Shown: positions 38,402 through 50,467, counted from the stretch's first letter. The stretch: DNA of 64,000 nucleotides from Alphaproteobacteria bacterium (GCA_963665325.3 CAXXWS020000002.1:864001-928000), one strand, 5' to 3'. Translations and numbers: made by a program. Notes: a model not told the origin generated them from the letters alone.

Positions 38402-39253
38402 TCAGCCCTCTATTTCGAGAACGCGGAGGCGGGCGCTTCCCGCTTCCAGTTCGGCGCCGTCTTCGATGCGGTCGAGGCGCAGCAGCGCGAGGCCAAGGCC
38501 GTTCCGGCTGGAGCGCATTTCCCCGACCGGCCGGCCTTCCGCGAGAATGCGCGTGCCGGGGTCGGCAGAGCCGTCCAGCGCCACCGGCATGAGTTGCCGG
38601 CGCACCGTGCCGCGGTAGTGCGTGCGCGCAGTTACCTCCTGCCCGACATAACAGCCCTTCTCCCAGTCCACCCCGTTCAGGCGCTCGAAGCCGCTCTCCA
38701 GCAGGAAGGCCTGGCCGGCCGGCATGTCGCGCGAGCCGTCGGGCACGCCCAGGCGGTAGCGCAGCGCCTCATAGGCGGTGAAATCGCCTTCCGGCAGTGC
38801 CGTCGGCGTGTCGGCCGCGCGGAGCAGCCGGGCCCCGAGGGCGCTGTGGCGTGGATCAATATAGGCGATGCCCCGATCGAAGGGCTCGGTGTCGCCCGGC
38901 CCGGCATCGGCGAGGCCGAAATGCGCGGCTCCATCCGGCGCTGCCTCGACCGTCCATGATGCGCTCACATCATCGATGGCGATCCTGGCCCGAAGCCGGT
39001 AGCGCTTGAGGCGTTTCGTAAGATCGTCCAGCCGGTCCGCTTCGCAGTCGAGATAAACGGTCCCGCTATCTTCGACGACGAAGACGTCGTGCAGGAACTT
39101 GCCCTGCGGCGTCAGCAGCGCGGCATAGACGGCCTCGCCGTTGCGCACCCGTTCCATGTCGTTCGAGAGCAGCCCCTGCAGAAAGCCGTGGACGTCCTCA
39201 CCGGAAAGCGCCAGAACGCCCCGGTTGGGCAATGAAATGCAGGCGGGGATCAT
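38402..39253 (-). CDS. ygfZ: Folate-binding Fe-S repair protein YgfZ
   Basis: FLQGLLSND, LLTPQGK, KGCYVGQE signature. Confidence 0.93.
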   Translation of the reverse strand: MIPACISLPNRGVLALSGEDVHGFLQGLLSNDMERVRNGEAVYAALLTPQGKFLHDVFVVEDSGTVYLDCEADRLDDLTKRLKRYRLRARIAIDDVSASWTVEAAPDGAAHFGLADAGPGDTEPFDRGIAYIDPRHSALGARLLRAADTPTALPEGDFTAYEALRYRLGVPDGSRDMPAGQAFLLESGFERLNGVDWEKGCYVGQEVTARTHYRGTVRRQLMPVALDGSADPGTRILAEGRPVGEMRSSRNGLGLALLRLDRIEDGAELEAGSARLRVLEIEG

Positions 39254-39302
39254 GGGCGCCTTTGTCGCCTTTCCCGCTCCAGCGCGCAAGGGATGAGAGG
39301 CC

Positions 39303-40328
39303 ATGGACCGACTGGAGATACGCTGCCCGGACGACTGGCATGTCCATTTCCGCGAGGGGGAGGTGCTGCGCGCGGTCGTGCCCTTCACAGCCCGGCAATT
39401 CGCCCGCGCCATCGTGATGCCGAACCTGGTGCCGCCGGTAACGGACGGCGCGCGCGCCCGCGCCTACCGCGACGAGATCATGGCGGCGCTGCCGCCGGAC
39501 ACGAGCTTTGAGCCGTTGATGACCTGCTATCTCACAGACGGGCTCGACCCGGCGGTCATGGAGGACGAGGTCTTCACCGCCGCCAAGCTCTACCCGGCCC
39601 ACGCGACCACCAATTCCGCCCACGGCGTGACCGACATTGCGGGCTTGCGCCCCGTGCTGGAGCGGATGCAGCGACTCGGCAAGCCGCTGCTCATCCACGG
39701 CGAGGTGACGCATCCGGAGGTCGATGTCTTCGACCGCGAGGCGGTGTTCGTGGAGACCGTGCTGGCCGGCCTCCGGCGCGACTTCCCGGAGCTGAAGATC
39801 GTGCTGGAGCATGTCACCACGGCGGACGGCATCGCTTTCGTGGAGGAAGCGGACGGGCCGACCGCGGCCACGATCACGCCGCACCATCTCGTCATCGACC
39901 GCAACGACCTGCTAGTGGGCGGCATACGCCCGCACCTCTACTGCCTGCCGGTCGCCAAACGCCGCCGCCACCGGGACGCGCTGCGCCGCGCGGCGGTCTC
40001 CGGCAGTCCGCGCTTTTTCCTCGGTACCGATACCGCGCCCCATGCCGTCCGCGACAAGGAGACTGCCTGCGGTTGCGCCGGCATCTTCTGCGCACCGACG
40101 GCGCTGGAAGTCTATGCGGAGGTGTTCGACGAGGACGGCGCGCTCGACCGGCTGGAAGCCTTCGCGAGCCTGAACGGCCCTGCCTTCTACGGCCTCGCCC
40201 CAAACGAGGAACGCATTGTGCTGGAACGCTTGCCGGTCGAGGCTCCCGGCCCCCTCGCCGTCGGCGGCGACTCGATCCTCCCCTTCCGCGCCGGCGAACG
40301 CCTGGAGTGGCGGATTGGGGAAGCCTGA
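39303..40328 (+). CDS. pyrC: Dihydroorotase (homodimeric type)
   Basis: PDDWHVHFR, MPNLVPP, KLYPAHATTNS, FLGTDTAPH. Confidence 0.96.
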   Translation: MDRLEIRCPDDWHVHFREGEVLRAVVPFTARQFARAIVMPNLVPPVTDGARARAYRDEIMAALPPDTSFEPLMTCYLTDGLDPAVMEDEVFTAAKLYPAHATTNSAHGVTDIAGLRPVLERMQRLGKPLLIHGEVTHPEVDVFDREAVFVETVLAGLRRDFPELKIVLEHVTTADGIAFVEEADGPTAATITPHHLVIDRNDLLVGGIRPHLYCLPVAKRRRHRDALRRAAVSGSPRFFLGTDTAPHAVRDKETACGCAGIFCAPTALEVYAEVFDEDGALDRLEAFASLNGPAFYGLAPNEERIVLERLPVEAPGPLAVGGDSILPFRAGERLEWRIGEA

Positions 40329-40341
40329 CCTCTTATCGCAC

Positions 40342-40941
40342 TCAGTCGCGGGCAAGCGCGCATAGCGGGCGGGCGAGGAGGCGGTCCACATAGCGGCGCA
40401 ATGCCGGGAACTCTTCGAGATGGCCCAGGCGCCGTGCCCAGTTGAGGCACCATCCCACGACGATGTCGGTCACGGTGAAGCGATTTTCGACGAGATAGTC
40501 GGCCCTCGCCAGATGGGCTTCCGGCACCGCCGCGCTGCGCTTGAACATCTTCACGTTCTGCTCGAAGCCGGCGGTAATGCGCTCCTCCTCGGGCAGGACA
40601 TACGTATTGACGCCGGAGTTCCAGAGCCACGACTCCATCTCGCTAAGGCAGAATGCGGCCCACTGGTCGTGCTCGGCGCGCGCGAATGTGCCGGGTTTGG
40701 CGATCAAATCGGCAGCCGGGGCGCGGTCGGCGATATGGGTGCAGATGGCCGCGGACTCGAACAGCGCCCGTCCGTCAATGACCGCCGCCGGTATCTTGGC
40801 GAGAGGATGAAACCGCCTCAGCTCGTCCGCACCGGCCAGTTCGCGCCGGTCGATCTGGACATACGCCACGCCCGCCTCCTCCAGGGTCCACTTGCAGCGC
40901 GCTGACCGGTTGGTGCCCGTGCCGTAGAGGGTCACTTCCAT
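40342..40941 (-). CDS. Glutathione S-transferase family protein
   Basis: HPLAKIPA, LFESAAIC, FTVTDIV. Confidence 0.88.
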   Translation of the reverse strand: MEVTLYGTGTNRSARCKWTLEEAGVAYVQIDRRELAGADELRRFHPLAKIPAAVIDGRALFESAAICTHIADRAPAADLIAKPGTFARAEHDQWAAFCLSEMESWLWNSGVNTYVLPEEERITAGFEQNVKMFKRSAAVPEAHLARADYLVENRFTVTDIVVGWCLNWARRLGHLEEFPALRRYVDRLLARPLCALARD

Positions 40942-40960
40942 CGCGGTAACTCCTTTGCCC

Positions 40961-41719
40961 CTACAACCCGCCGACGAATTCCGAAATTGCATCCGCAACC
41001 CGCTCGGGCGCTTCGATGGGGGCGCCGTGGGCGAGGCCGTCGAGCACGAGAGCCCTTGCATCCGGTATCACCCGCGCGAGTTCGCGGCTCATGGCCGGGG
41101 TAGAGTTGATGTCATGCTCGGCCGTGATCGCAAGCGTGGGGCAGGCGATCCGTCCGGCCTCGCGGGCGAGTTCGCCGTCCGCTGTCGCGAATACCCGGTA
41201 GGCGGCGAGATAAGCTGCCGGGTCGTTGGCCAGCAGGCGGCGGCGGACAGCCCCGACAATCTCCGGCGCGCCCTTGCGGAAGCCTTCGGTGAACCAGCGC
41301 CGGATAGCTGACTCGGCCATGCCTCCGGGGCCGTCCCGCTCCACCATGGCGAGGCGCTGCAGTATTGCCGCGTTCTGGTGCTCGTCGCGGTCGAACACGG
41401 CGTTCATCAACACCAGTCCCCGGAGCGCCTCGGGCCGGTCGAGCGCGAAGCGTTGCGCTACCATCGCCCCCATCGAAAAGCCGACGACAACGGGTGCGGA
41501 TTCAAGGCCGTCCGTGACACTGCCCAGCGCATCGGCGAATGTCGCCAGGGTGACCTCGCCCGCCGGCATCCCGGCCTCGCCGTGGCAGGGCATGTCGAAA
41601 GCGGTGCAGTCGAGCCTGCCGGAGAGGCAGCGTATGACTCCGCCCCACATCGTCCGGTCGAGGCCGACGCCGTGGATCAGCACCACGGGCGGGGCCTTGT
41701 CGGATGCCGATACGGTCAT
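40961..41719 (-). CDS. Alpha/beta hydrolase (PcaD-like)
   Basis: VLIHGVGLD, GFSMGAM, RRWFT. Confidence 0.85.
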   Translation of the reverse strand: MTVSASDKAPPVVLIHGVGLDRTMWGGVIRCLSGRLDCTAFDMPCHGEAGMPAGEVTLATFADALGSVTDGLESAPVVVGFSMGAMVAQRFALDRPEALRGLVLMNAVFDRDEHQNAAILQRLAMVERDGPGGMAESAIRRWFTEGFRKGAPEIVGAVRRRLLANDPAAYLAAYRVFATADGELAREAGRIACPTLAITAEHDINSTPAMSRELARVIPDARALVLDGLAHGAPIEAPERVADAISEFVGGL

Positions 41720-42753
41720 GCGAAGGCGGGCATCACTTCGTCGATGAACAGGCCGAGCGACTTCCGCTTCTCGCTGAACGGCATGCCGTTGTCGATCCAT
41801 AGGCTGTACTGGTCGAAGCCCATCGCCTCGTAGGTCTTGAGTCGCCTGGTCACCTCCTCCGGCGTGCCGACCGCATTGTTGGCGCGCATCGCCTCGGGCG
41901 AGAAGATTTCGAGCTTCGCCATCTCCTCCTCCGAGAGCGGTTCCATCATGCCCTGGCTGATCGGCCGCTCGTTGCGGAACCAGGCGCCGAAGTGGCAATA
42001 GAACCGGCTGAGCGCCCGCGCGCCCTCGGCGACGGCCTCTTCGTCCGCGCCGACATGGGTGTGGCGCAGCAGCATGATCTTCGGCCGCGGCACTTCCGGG
42101 CACGCGGCGCACGCATCCTCGAACCGCTGCATCAGCCGCTCCACTTCGTCGTCGCCCTGCCAGAGCGGCGCCACCTGCACATTGCACCGCTCGGATACCG
42201 CAAATTTGTGGCTGTCGGGATCGCGGGCGGCGATCCACAGCGGCGGGTGCGGGCGCTGGACGGGTTTCGGCGACGACGTGGTCTTCGGGAACTGCCAGCG
42301 CTCGCCGTCATGGGCATAGTCGCCCTGCCAGAGCTTCTTTACCGCCGGCACCGTTTCTCGGAGCGCGGCGCCTGCGGAGGCCGCATCGAGGCCCGGCGAC
42401 AGCCGCTCATATTCGAAGCTGTAGGCGCCGCGCGCGATCCCCAGTTCCAGCCGCCCGCCGGTCACGATATCGGCCAGCGCCGCCTCGCCCGCCAGCTTTA
42501 TCGGGTGCCAGAAGGGCGCCACGATGGCGCCGGTGCCGAGGCGGACATTCTTCGTCCTGTTCGCAATGTCGGCGAGCGTGATGAACGGGTTCGGCGTGAT
42601 GGTGAAATCCATCCCGTGATGCTCGCCCGTCCAGATGGCCTCGAAGCCGCCGTCGTCGGCCATTTGGCAGAGTTCCAGGGACTCCCGGTAGAGCTCGGCA
42701 TGGTCCCGGTCCGGCGTCAACCGCTCCATGTGGACGAAGAGGGAGAATTGCAT
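41716..42753 (-). CDS. LLM class flavin-dependent oxidoreductase
   Basis: MQFSLFVHMER, WTGEHH, RLGTG, GRLELGIARG, PKPVQRPHPPLW. Confidence 0.9.
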   Translation of the reverse strand: MQFSLFVHMERLTPDRDHAELYRESLELCQMADDGGFEAIWTGEHHGMDFTITPNPFITLADIANRTKNVRLGTGAIVAPFWHPIKLAGEAALADIVTGGRLELGIARGAYSFEYERLSPGLDAASAGAALRETVPAVKKLWQGDYAHDGERWQFPKTTSSPKPVQRPHPPLWIAARDPDSHKFAVSERCNVQVAPLWQGDDEVERLMQRFEDACAACPEVPRPKIMLLRHTHVGADEEAVAEGARALSRFYCHFGAWFRNERPISQGMMEPLSEEEMAKLEIFSPEAMRANNAVGTPEEVTRRLKTYEAMGFDQYSLWIDNGMPFSEKRKSLGLFIDEVMPAFA

Positions 42754-42854
42754 CGCTCGACCTCCGGAAGCCAATGTGGAGAAGGCTCCGCGCCCTCATA
42801 TCACGACTTACCGTTTTTTGCCGCCCGGAATCCGTCCCTCGCTTCGCGCCCGGC

Positions 42855-44522
42855 TCAAGGCACGCCGACGGCGATGTCCAGCAGCGCCTGGCGGCCCTCT
42901 CCGGTCACGGTTTCGATGGCGCGGGCAAGTGCGTCCGGCAGCGCTTGCGCGTCCTCCACGCGCTCGCCGTGCCCGCCGCTCGCCTGCGCGATGAGGTCGT
43001 AGCGCGGTGCGGGGTCCAGAGAGGTCAGCGGCATGACATTGGCGCGGCTTGCATGGCCGTCGGGATAGACCGACAGCGCGGCCCGCCGGACGGCGTTGTA
43101 GATGCCGTTGTTGAAGACGAGCGTCAGCACCGGCAGGCCGAGCGATGCGCCCGCCTGGTGGCAGGCGACGGGATTGGCGAACATGTAGGAGCCGTCGCCG
43201 ACGCAGGCGACTGCGAGGCGCTCCGGCCGGGCGAGCTTCGCGCCCATCGCCGCCGGCAGCCCCCAGCCGAGTCCGCCCGCCAGCGAGCCGCCGAAATAGC
43301 CGAGCGGATCGCGCACCGTGAGCGCCGCCAGCGGCGCGCCCAGCTCGTTGAAGATCATGGCATCGTCCGGCAGCGCCCGGTCGAGGCAGCGCGCGACCCA
43401 GCCCGGCGACATCGGCGTGCCGTTGCCGGCTTCCGCCGCGGCGAGACGCGCCTCCCGTCCCTCGCGGCAGCGGCGGGCCACATCCGCCCCCCGTCCCTTC
43501 GGCGGCAGCTTCATTTCGGCCGCCAGCGCTTCAAGCGCGGCCGCCGGGTCCCCGGCAATGGCGACATCGGCTGGAAAACCGCGCATCGGCACGTCGGAGA
43601 ACAGCGGATCGGCGCCGACCTGCACTACCTTGCAGCCGGGCCGGATATCCTGCTCGACCGGCATCCACGGCACCATCGCGTCCAGCACCAGCACGGCGTC
43701 CGCGTCCTTGAGCCAGGGGCCGGGGTCGAAGCCGCCATGCATCGGATGGTCGCCCGGCAGCGATGCGCGGCTCGCCCAGAATTCCACCACCGGCATCGCG
43801 AACCGCTCGGCGAAATCGGCCAGCACTTGCCAGCCCGCGCCCCGGTTAGCGACGATCAGCGGCCGCTCCGCCGCCGACAGGACGGAAGCTGCATCGGCTA
43901 TGGCGGACGGGTCCGGCAAGCCGGCAACCACGGGCTTCTGGCGGGGTTCGGGCGAGATGCTGAAGCCCGGCAGCGCCTCCGCCATGATCTCGCGCGGCAT
44001 GGTGAAATAGACCGGTCCCATCGGCGGCGTGGAGGCGACGGCGAGCGCGCGCTCCACGACCGCCTCCAGCTGGTCGGCGAGGCGCAGCTCATAGTCCCAC
44101 TTGACCGCCTCGCGAAGCATCCCCGCCTGGTCGTACATGTCCTGGCCCCAGTGGATGCCGCGGTCGCGCGCGCCCTTGCGGCCCTTCTCGGTCACAGGCG
44201 AGCGCCCGGCCGCCATGAAGATCGGCACATTGTCGCGCCGGGCATTGATGAGGCCCATCAATGCGTTGGCGGTGCCGACATTCACATGCGCCATGACGGC
44301 GGCCATCCGGCCCGATGCCTGCCAGTAGCCGTCCGCCATGCCGACCGCCACCGTCTCGTGCACGATGGTGTGGGGCGTGGGAAAGTCGAGCCCGGTCTCC
44401 CCGGCCCGCGCATAGGCCTCGACGATGGGCGCGAAGTCGGTGCCCGGATTGGCGAACAGCACGTCGACGCCGCGCGCCTTGAGCAGCGCGAGATAGGCCT
44501 CGGCAACGGTGACTTCGGTCAT
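42855..44522 (-). CDS. Thiamine diphosphate-requiring enzyme (acetolactate synthase-like)
   Basis: FANPGTDF, HETVAV, HVNVGTAN, GDGSY...NN ThDP motif. Confidence 0.9.
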   Translation of the reverse strand: MTEVTVAEAYLALLKARGVDVLFANPGTDFAPIVEAYARAGETGLDFPTPHTIVHETVAVGMADGYWQASGRMAAVMAHVNVGTANALMGLINARRDNVPIFMAAGRSPVTEKGRKGARDRGIHWGQDMYDQAGMLREAVKWDYELRLADQLEAVVERALAVASTPPMGPVYFTMPREIMAEALPGFSISPEPRQKPVVAGLPDPSAIADAASVLSAAERPLIVANRGAGWQVLADFAERFAMPVVEFWASRASLPGDHPMHGGFDPGPWLKDADAVLVLDAMVPWMPVEQDIRPGCKVVQVGADPLFSDVPMRGFPADVAIAGDPAAALEALAAEMKLPPKGRGADVARRCREGREARLAAAEAGNGTPMSPGWVARCLDRALPDDAMIFNELGAPLAALTVRDPLGYFGGSLAGGLGWGLPAAMGAKLARPERLAVACVGDGSYMFANPVACHQAGASLGLPVLTLVFNNGIYNAVRRAALSVYPDGHASRANVMPLTSLDPAPRYDLIAQASGGHGERVEDAQALPDALARAIETVTGEGRQALLDIAVGVP

Positions 44523-44535
44523 GGTTCCGCCCGGC

Positions 44536-45033
44536 TCAGGCGTCGGCGGGCGCGAAGCCCGGCTGGTCGCCGAAGCGCTCCTCGGTCCAGCGGGCGAGGT
44601 CGTCGTCGCTGAGCGCCGGATCCCACGCTACCGCCTGCGGCTGGGCCACCTTCCAGGGCGTGTCGCAGAAAATCTCGATGCCGTTCCGCTCCGGGTCCTC
44701 GAAATAGATCGACCAGGTGTTGCCGTGGCTGCGTGGACTGTAGGAGACCCCCTCTGCGTCCAGGGACGCCGCCATGCCCCGCAGCGCCGTGAGGCCCTCG
44801 ATGCGGAACGCCGCATGGTTGACGCTGTTGGAAGGGCCGGTTTCCTTCCTGCCGTCGATGAACGCAACCTGGTGGTGTTCCTCCGGATTCTGGCTCAGGA
44901 AGACGATTTCCTTGTCGTCCTTGCCGAGGGGCCCACGGTCGGTGATCTCGAAGCCGAGCACATCGGTGTAGAACGCCAGCATCCGCTCCACATCCTCGAC
45001 ATAGAGCACCATGTGGGACCATGCGAGCGCCAT
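44536..45033 (-). CDS. VOC/glyoxalase family protein
   Basis: SHMVLYV, FYTDVLGF, HHQVAF, SIYFEDPERNGIE. Confidence 0.88.
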   Translation of the reverse strand: MALAWSHMVLYVEDVERMLAFYTDVLGFEITDRGPLGKDDKEIVFLSQNPEEHHQVAFIDGRKETGPSNSVNHAAFRIEGLTALRGMAASLDAEGVSYSPRSHGNTWSIYFEDPERNGIEIFCDTPWKVAQPQAVAWDPALSDDDLARWTEERFGDQPGFAPADA

Positions 45034-45050
45034 CGCCTCTACTCCCGCCG

Positions 45051-46877
<1,827 letters not shown>

Positions 46878-46945
46878 GATGGCAGTCGCCTAGACGCGCG
46901 CCGTGGGCGCGGCCGGCATTGGTAAAGGGATCGGAAGGTTTGGCG

Positions 46946-48046
46946 GTGCGCGCTTCCTACATCAATCCGCGCAGCGGCGCGAATTGGCCTGCGGACCGCG
47001 CGCTGTGGCGCGCGCCCGACGATGGCGGCCTGCTGGGCCTTACGTCGGGCCGGGGCTTGGTGCGGGACGAGATCGAACGGTCGGAGACCTCGCTATGGCG
47101 TTACCGCGCCGCCATCCGGGTCGACGACAGGGATCGGGTCAGTCTCGGCGAAGGGCTCACGCCGTTGGTCGAGACGGAATGGGAAGGCCGCCGGCTCCTC
47201 TTCAAATGCGAGCACCTGATGCCGACCGGCTCCTTCAAGGACCGGGGCACTGCTGTCATGATGTCGCACTTGAAGCAGGCGGGCGTGGAGGCGCTTCTGG
47301 AAGACAGCTCCGGCAATGCCGGGGCGTCCATCGCCGCCTATGCCGCCGCCGCCGGAATCCGCACGCGCATCATGGTGCCGGAGAGCGCGCCGGCGGCGAA
47401 GCGGGTGCAGATAGCCGCGGCCGGGGCCGAACTGCAGGAGGTGGCGGGAGACCGCGACACCGTGGAGCGCGCGGCGCTCGCAGCCGCCGAGACGATGTTC
47501 TACGCGAGCCACAACCGACAGCCCTTCTTCCTCGAAGGCACGAAGACGCTCGCTTTCGAGCTATGGGAGCAGATGGGTTTTCGCGCGCCGGCCGCTGTCG
47601 CGGCGCCCTGCGGCAACGGCGCGAACATACTCGGCCTCTATCTCGGCTTCCGTGAATTGCAGGAAGCGGGTCAGATCGACGTGCTGCCCAGGCTCCATGC
47701 GGTCCAGGCGGCCAACAGTTCGCCGATCCGGTCGCTGTTCGACGGCCGGGTCCTGCCGCGGGGGGCGACGGTAGCCGACGGCATCGCCACGTCGCAGCCG
47801 ATTCGGGGGCAAATGGTCGCCAACGCCGTGAGCGCCACCGGCGGCTCGGTTCCCGTCGCGAGTGAGGACGCGATAATGGAGGCCGTTGGGCGGTTGGCCC
47901 GCTCCGGCTGGTTCCTCGAACCGACCTCCGCAGTCGTTGCCGCTGCGCTGCCGCAGATACCGGAGGAAGACCTCGTTCTGATCCTGACAGGCTCAGGGCT
48001 CAAGGCCCTCGGCGTTCATGCCGGCCTGGCGGGCGTTGCAGATTAG
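46946..48046 (+). CDS. Threonine synthase-like PLP-dependent enzyme
   Basis: SLGEGLTP, PTGSFKDRG, DSSGNAG, EGTKT, LTGSGLK; start uncertain (46919 or 46946). Confidence 0.85.
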   Translation: MRASYINPRSGANWPADRALWRAPDDGGLLGLTSGRGLVRDEIERSETSLWRYRAAIRVDDRDRVSLGEGLTPLVETEWEGRRLLFKCEHLMPTGSFKDRGTAVMMSHLKQAGVEALLEDSSGNAGASIAAYAAAAGIRTRIMVPESAPAAKRVQIAAAGAELQEVAGDRDTVERAALAAAETMFYASHNRQPFFLEGTKTLAFELWEQMGFRAPAAVAAPCGNGANILGLYLGFRELQEAGQIDVLPRLHAVQAANSSPIRSLFDGRVLPRGATVADGIATSQPIRGQMVANAVSATGGSVPVASEDAIMEAVGRLARSGWFLEPTSAVVAAALPQIPEEDLVLILTGSGLKALGVHAGLAGVAD

Positions 48047-48116
48047 AGCCCGGTCCATTCCAACCGAGACGACTACCTTTGCCGGGTGCATCCGGCCTTG
48101 GCGTCATTCGTCGCCC

Positions 48117-48137
48117 TGGGCCCCGGTCCGGGGCCCA
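48117..48137. terminator. Perfect GC-rich inverted repeat between convergent genes, possible terminator
   Basis: TGGGCCCCGG-T-CCGGGGCCCA; no U-tract on either side. Confidence 0.4.
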
Positions 48138-48184
48138 ACCCGAACCGGACCGCCTCGGCACGAACGCCAGCAGATGCCCCCGGT

Positions 48185-49201
48185 TCAGTGATCGGACTTG
48201 GGGTAAATGCCTGAGCCGATGACAACCTTCTGGTCCGAGTTCGGCGCGTTGAAAGTGACGGCATATCCGAACTTGGGGGAGCCGGTTTGCTCATCGCCCG
48301 AGATTTCCGGGTTGTCGTAGTAGTACTCCAAGAACTGTCTGCCATTCTCCAACGCTCCCCCGATTAGCAGCTTGGGAAAGGGAAGGCCGTTTGAGTCGAC
48401 GCGGTCCATGTCGGTCGGTTTGCCTTCCCGGTACTGCTCGGCGGCGTGAAGGATGGTCATTCCCTCGCTGCCTACAATCCAGAGATAGACCGATCCGGCC
48501 TTCCAGTGCCCACCTTCTTCACGAAAGGCGTTTCTGGTAGCCATGATGTTTCCTTGGTTTTCAGACTCATAGGCCCGTCGATATGCGGCTGCGGCTGCGT
48601 CGACAAACGCGACCAGCGTCTCTTTGTCTACCACCTTCGATGCCGTGACTGTGGGCTTCGGAATGTCCATCATCGCCGATGGAGCGGAAGAAAGGTCCTG
48701 CGAATACCCTCCGATCACGTAGGCGGTTAACTTGCCCACAGCAGTCACGAGTTTGGTGACGTAACTCGTCTTGAGCTCTCCATCGACATAGTTGACGAAC
48801 GCACCGCCATTGTCTGCGGCCTCCATCATTTCTTTCACGACTTCCACTCCCCGGTCGTCGCGCATGCCCAAGGCGTTCTTGCCCTCGGCCGACCTATCCC
48901 CGGCGTGGAACGAAACAGATCCGTCCGTCAGCATGAACACGAGGTAAGTTTCGCCTGCAACCCAAGTCGGCTGTTCCCGGAGTGTTTCCCGCAGGGCAAT
49001 CACATCGTTGTAGTCCGTGAGGCTTTCGACATACCGCCTGGCGTCCATAACGAACGCCTTGAGGCTCTCCTTGTCAGTAACCATGTCGGCGGTTGTCTTT
49101 GCCACCGTCGCCGTGGGCGCGACGGCAAGCAGCAAGACCGCAACAGCAGCGAACAGGGGTCGCCGTACCCTGCGTACATCATTTCGGAAGTCGGTCGTCA
49201 T
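48185..49201 (-). CDS. Secreted protein with two tandem Cache-like sensor domains
   Basis: Signal peptide; internal duplication (TADMVTDKESLKAFV / TASKVVDKETLVAFV; WVAGETYLV / WKAGSVYLW); ends VIGSGIY as single Cache domains do. Confidence 0.7.
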   Translation of the reverse strand: MTTDFRNDVRRVRRPLFAAVAVLLLAVAPTATVAKTTADMVTDKESLKAFVMDARRYVESLTDYNDVIALRETLREQPTWVAGETYLVFMLTDGSVSFHAGDRSAEGKNALGMRDDRGVEVVKEMMEAADNGGAFVNYVDGELKTSYVTKLVTAVGKLTAYVIGGYSQDLSSAPSAMMDIPKPTVTASKVVDKETLVAFVDAAAAAYRRAYESENQGNIMATRNAFREEGGHWKAGSVYLWIVGSEGMTILHAAEQYREGKPTDMDRVDSNGLPFPKLLIGGALENGRQFLEYYYDNPEISGDEQTGSPKFGYAVTFNAPNSDQKVVIGSGIYPKSDH

Positions 49202-49525
49202 TGGATCCCCCCGTGGTGGACAGATATCCGTCTCAATAGTTAGCTTCGTCTCGATATTAATGCATCGGCGGCTTCCAGGACAAGCCGGTCGCCTCTGGAA
49301 CTGGCGGAAAGTATATACCGGGCCGCCGCGTGGACTTGCGAGTTGCAATGCTGCCGCCAGGAGTGGACGAGAACCCGAGTTTCCCTCGGAGTACAGATGA
49401 CCTCTCCGGTCAGGAGTCCGTCTCGTAGTCCTGCCTCGAAGCTCTCGACGTAGCCGTTCCCCCGAGGAGGCCCTGGCGAGGCTTATTCAGTTTCGAAGCC
49501 TGAGTGTCGGTATCGACAAAGCCGC

Positions 49526-50467
49526 TTAGCAATTCTCCCGGACCCAGGCTCCAAGCCACTCCGAAATCCCGGCCGAGTGCTCGTCCATCATGAACATGTG
49601 CGTCGCGCCGGGGAACCCGGCATCGGGAAGCTCGACCAGTTCCGCCCGTCCGCCGATGGCCTTCACCCGTTCGCCGAAGGCGGCGGTTGCCTCCCGGGTT
49701 GCGGTCCATCGCGGCGAGAAGTCGATGAAATCGCCGAGCAGGAGCAGCCACGGCCCGCCCGCGACCGTCGCTGGCGACAGCTGTTCGTCCGCGGGCAAGG
49801 TCGAGCCCTCGCAGCAGACGACACCGCGAATGCATTCGGGATTTTCGATCGCTGCATGGCTGCCGAGATAGCCGCCCTGGCTGTGGCAGACGAGCACGCA
49901 CGGTCCGATCCGTTGCAGCGCTGCGCCGACGCCCCGGATCTGGGCTTCCGACGTCGAGGTCCAGCGGGGTACGAACTGGCGCTGGAAGCTCTCCATCGCC
50001 TCAAGGGGGAACCGCTGGCCCTCGAACGGTTTGCCCGCCGCGAAGTCCTCCGGCCGTCCGAAGCGGAACAGGTCCCATGCCTCGGCGGCCGTCCGCATGA
50101 CCGGTTCGCCCTCCCACACGCCTTCGACCGCGCAGAAGCCCGAACGCCCGCGCTCGACATTGTCGATCACGTAGACGGCGAAGCCCTGGCGGAGGAAATC
50201 GTGCAGCCAGCCGGGCCGGCCGTCCGGCGTGGTCTCCCAGCAGGCGCCGGTCAGGCCACCGCCGTGAAGCAGGACGAGCGGATGCGGGAACCTCTGTTCG
50301 GCGGGAATGAAATACTGGACATAGACCTGCTCGACCAGGAACTCGCCATTGGGGTCGTAGTCCAGGATCAGGCTCGGCGTAAACGCCACGGGGCGCTTCT
50401 CCCGGCCGGACACGGTCACCATCCGCCCGCCAACATGAAAGCTTCCGAAATCCTTGAGTGCATACAT
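49526..50467 (-). CDS. Alpha/beta hydrolase (esterase 713-like)
   Basis: YVQYFIP, LLHGGGLTG, WETTPDGRPGW, HSQGG, HMFMMD. Confidence 0.85.
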   Translation of the reverse strand: MYALKDFGSFHVGGRMVTVSGREKRPVAFTPSLILDYDPNGEFLVEQVYVQYFIPAEQRFPHPLVLLHGGGLTGACWETTPDGRPGWLHDFLRQGFAVYVIDNVERGRSGFCAVEGVWEGEPVMRTAAEAWDLFRFGRPEDFAAGKPFEGQRFPLEAMESFQRQFVPRWTSTSEAQIRGVGAALQRIGPCVLVCHSQGGYLGSHAAIENPECIRGVVCCEGSTLPADEQLSPATVAGGPWLLLLGDFIDFSPRWTATREATAAFGERVKAIGGRAELVELPDAGFPGATHMFMMDEHSAGISEWLGAWVRENC

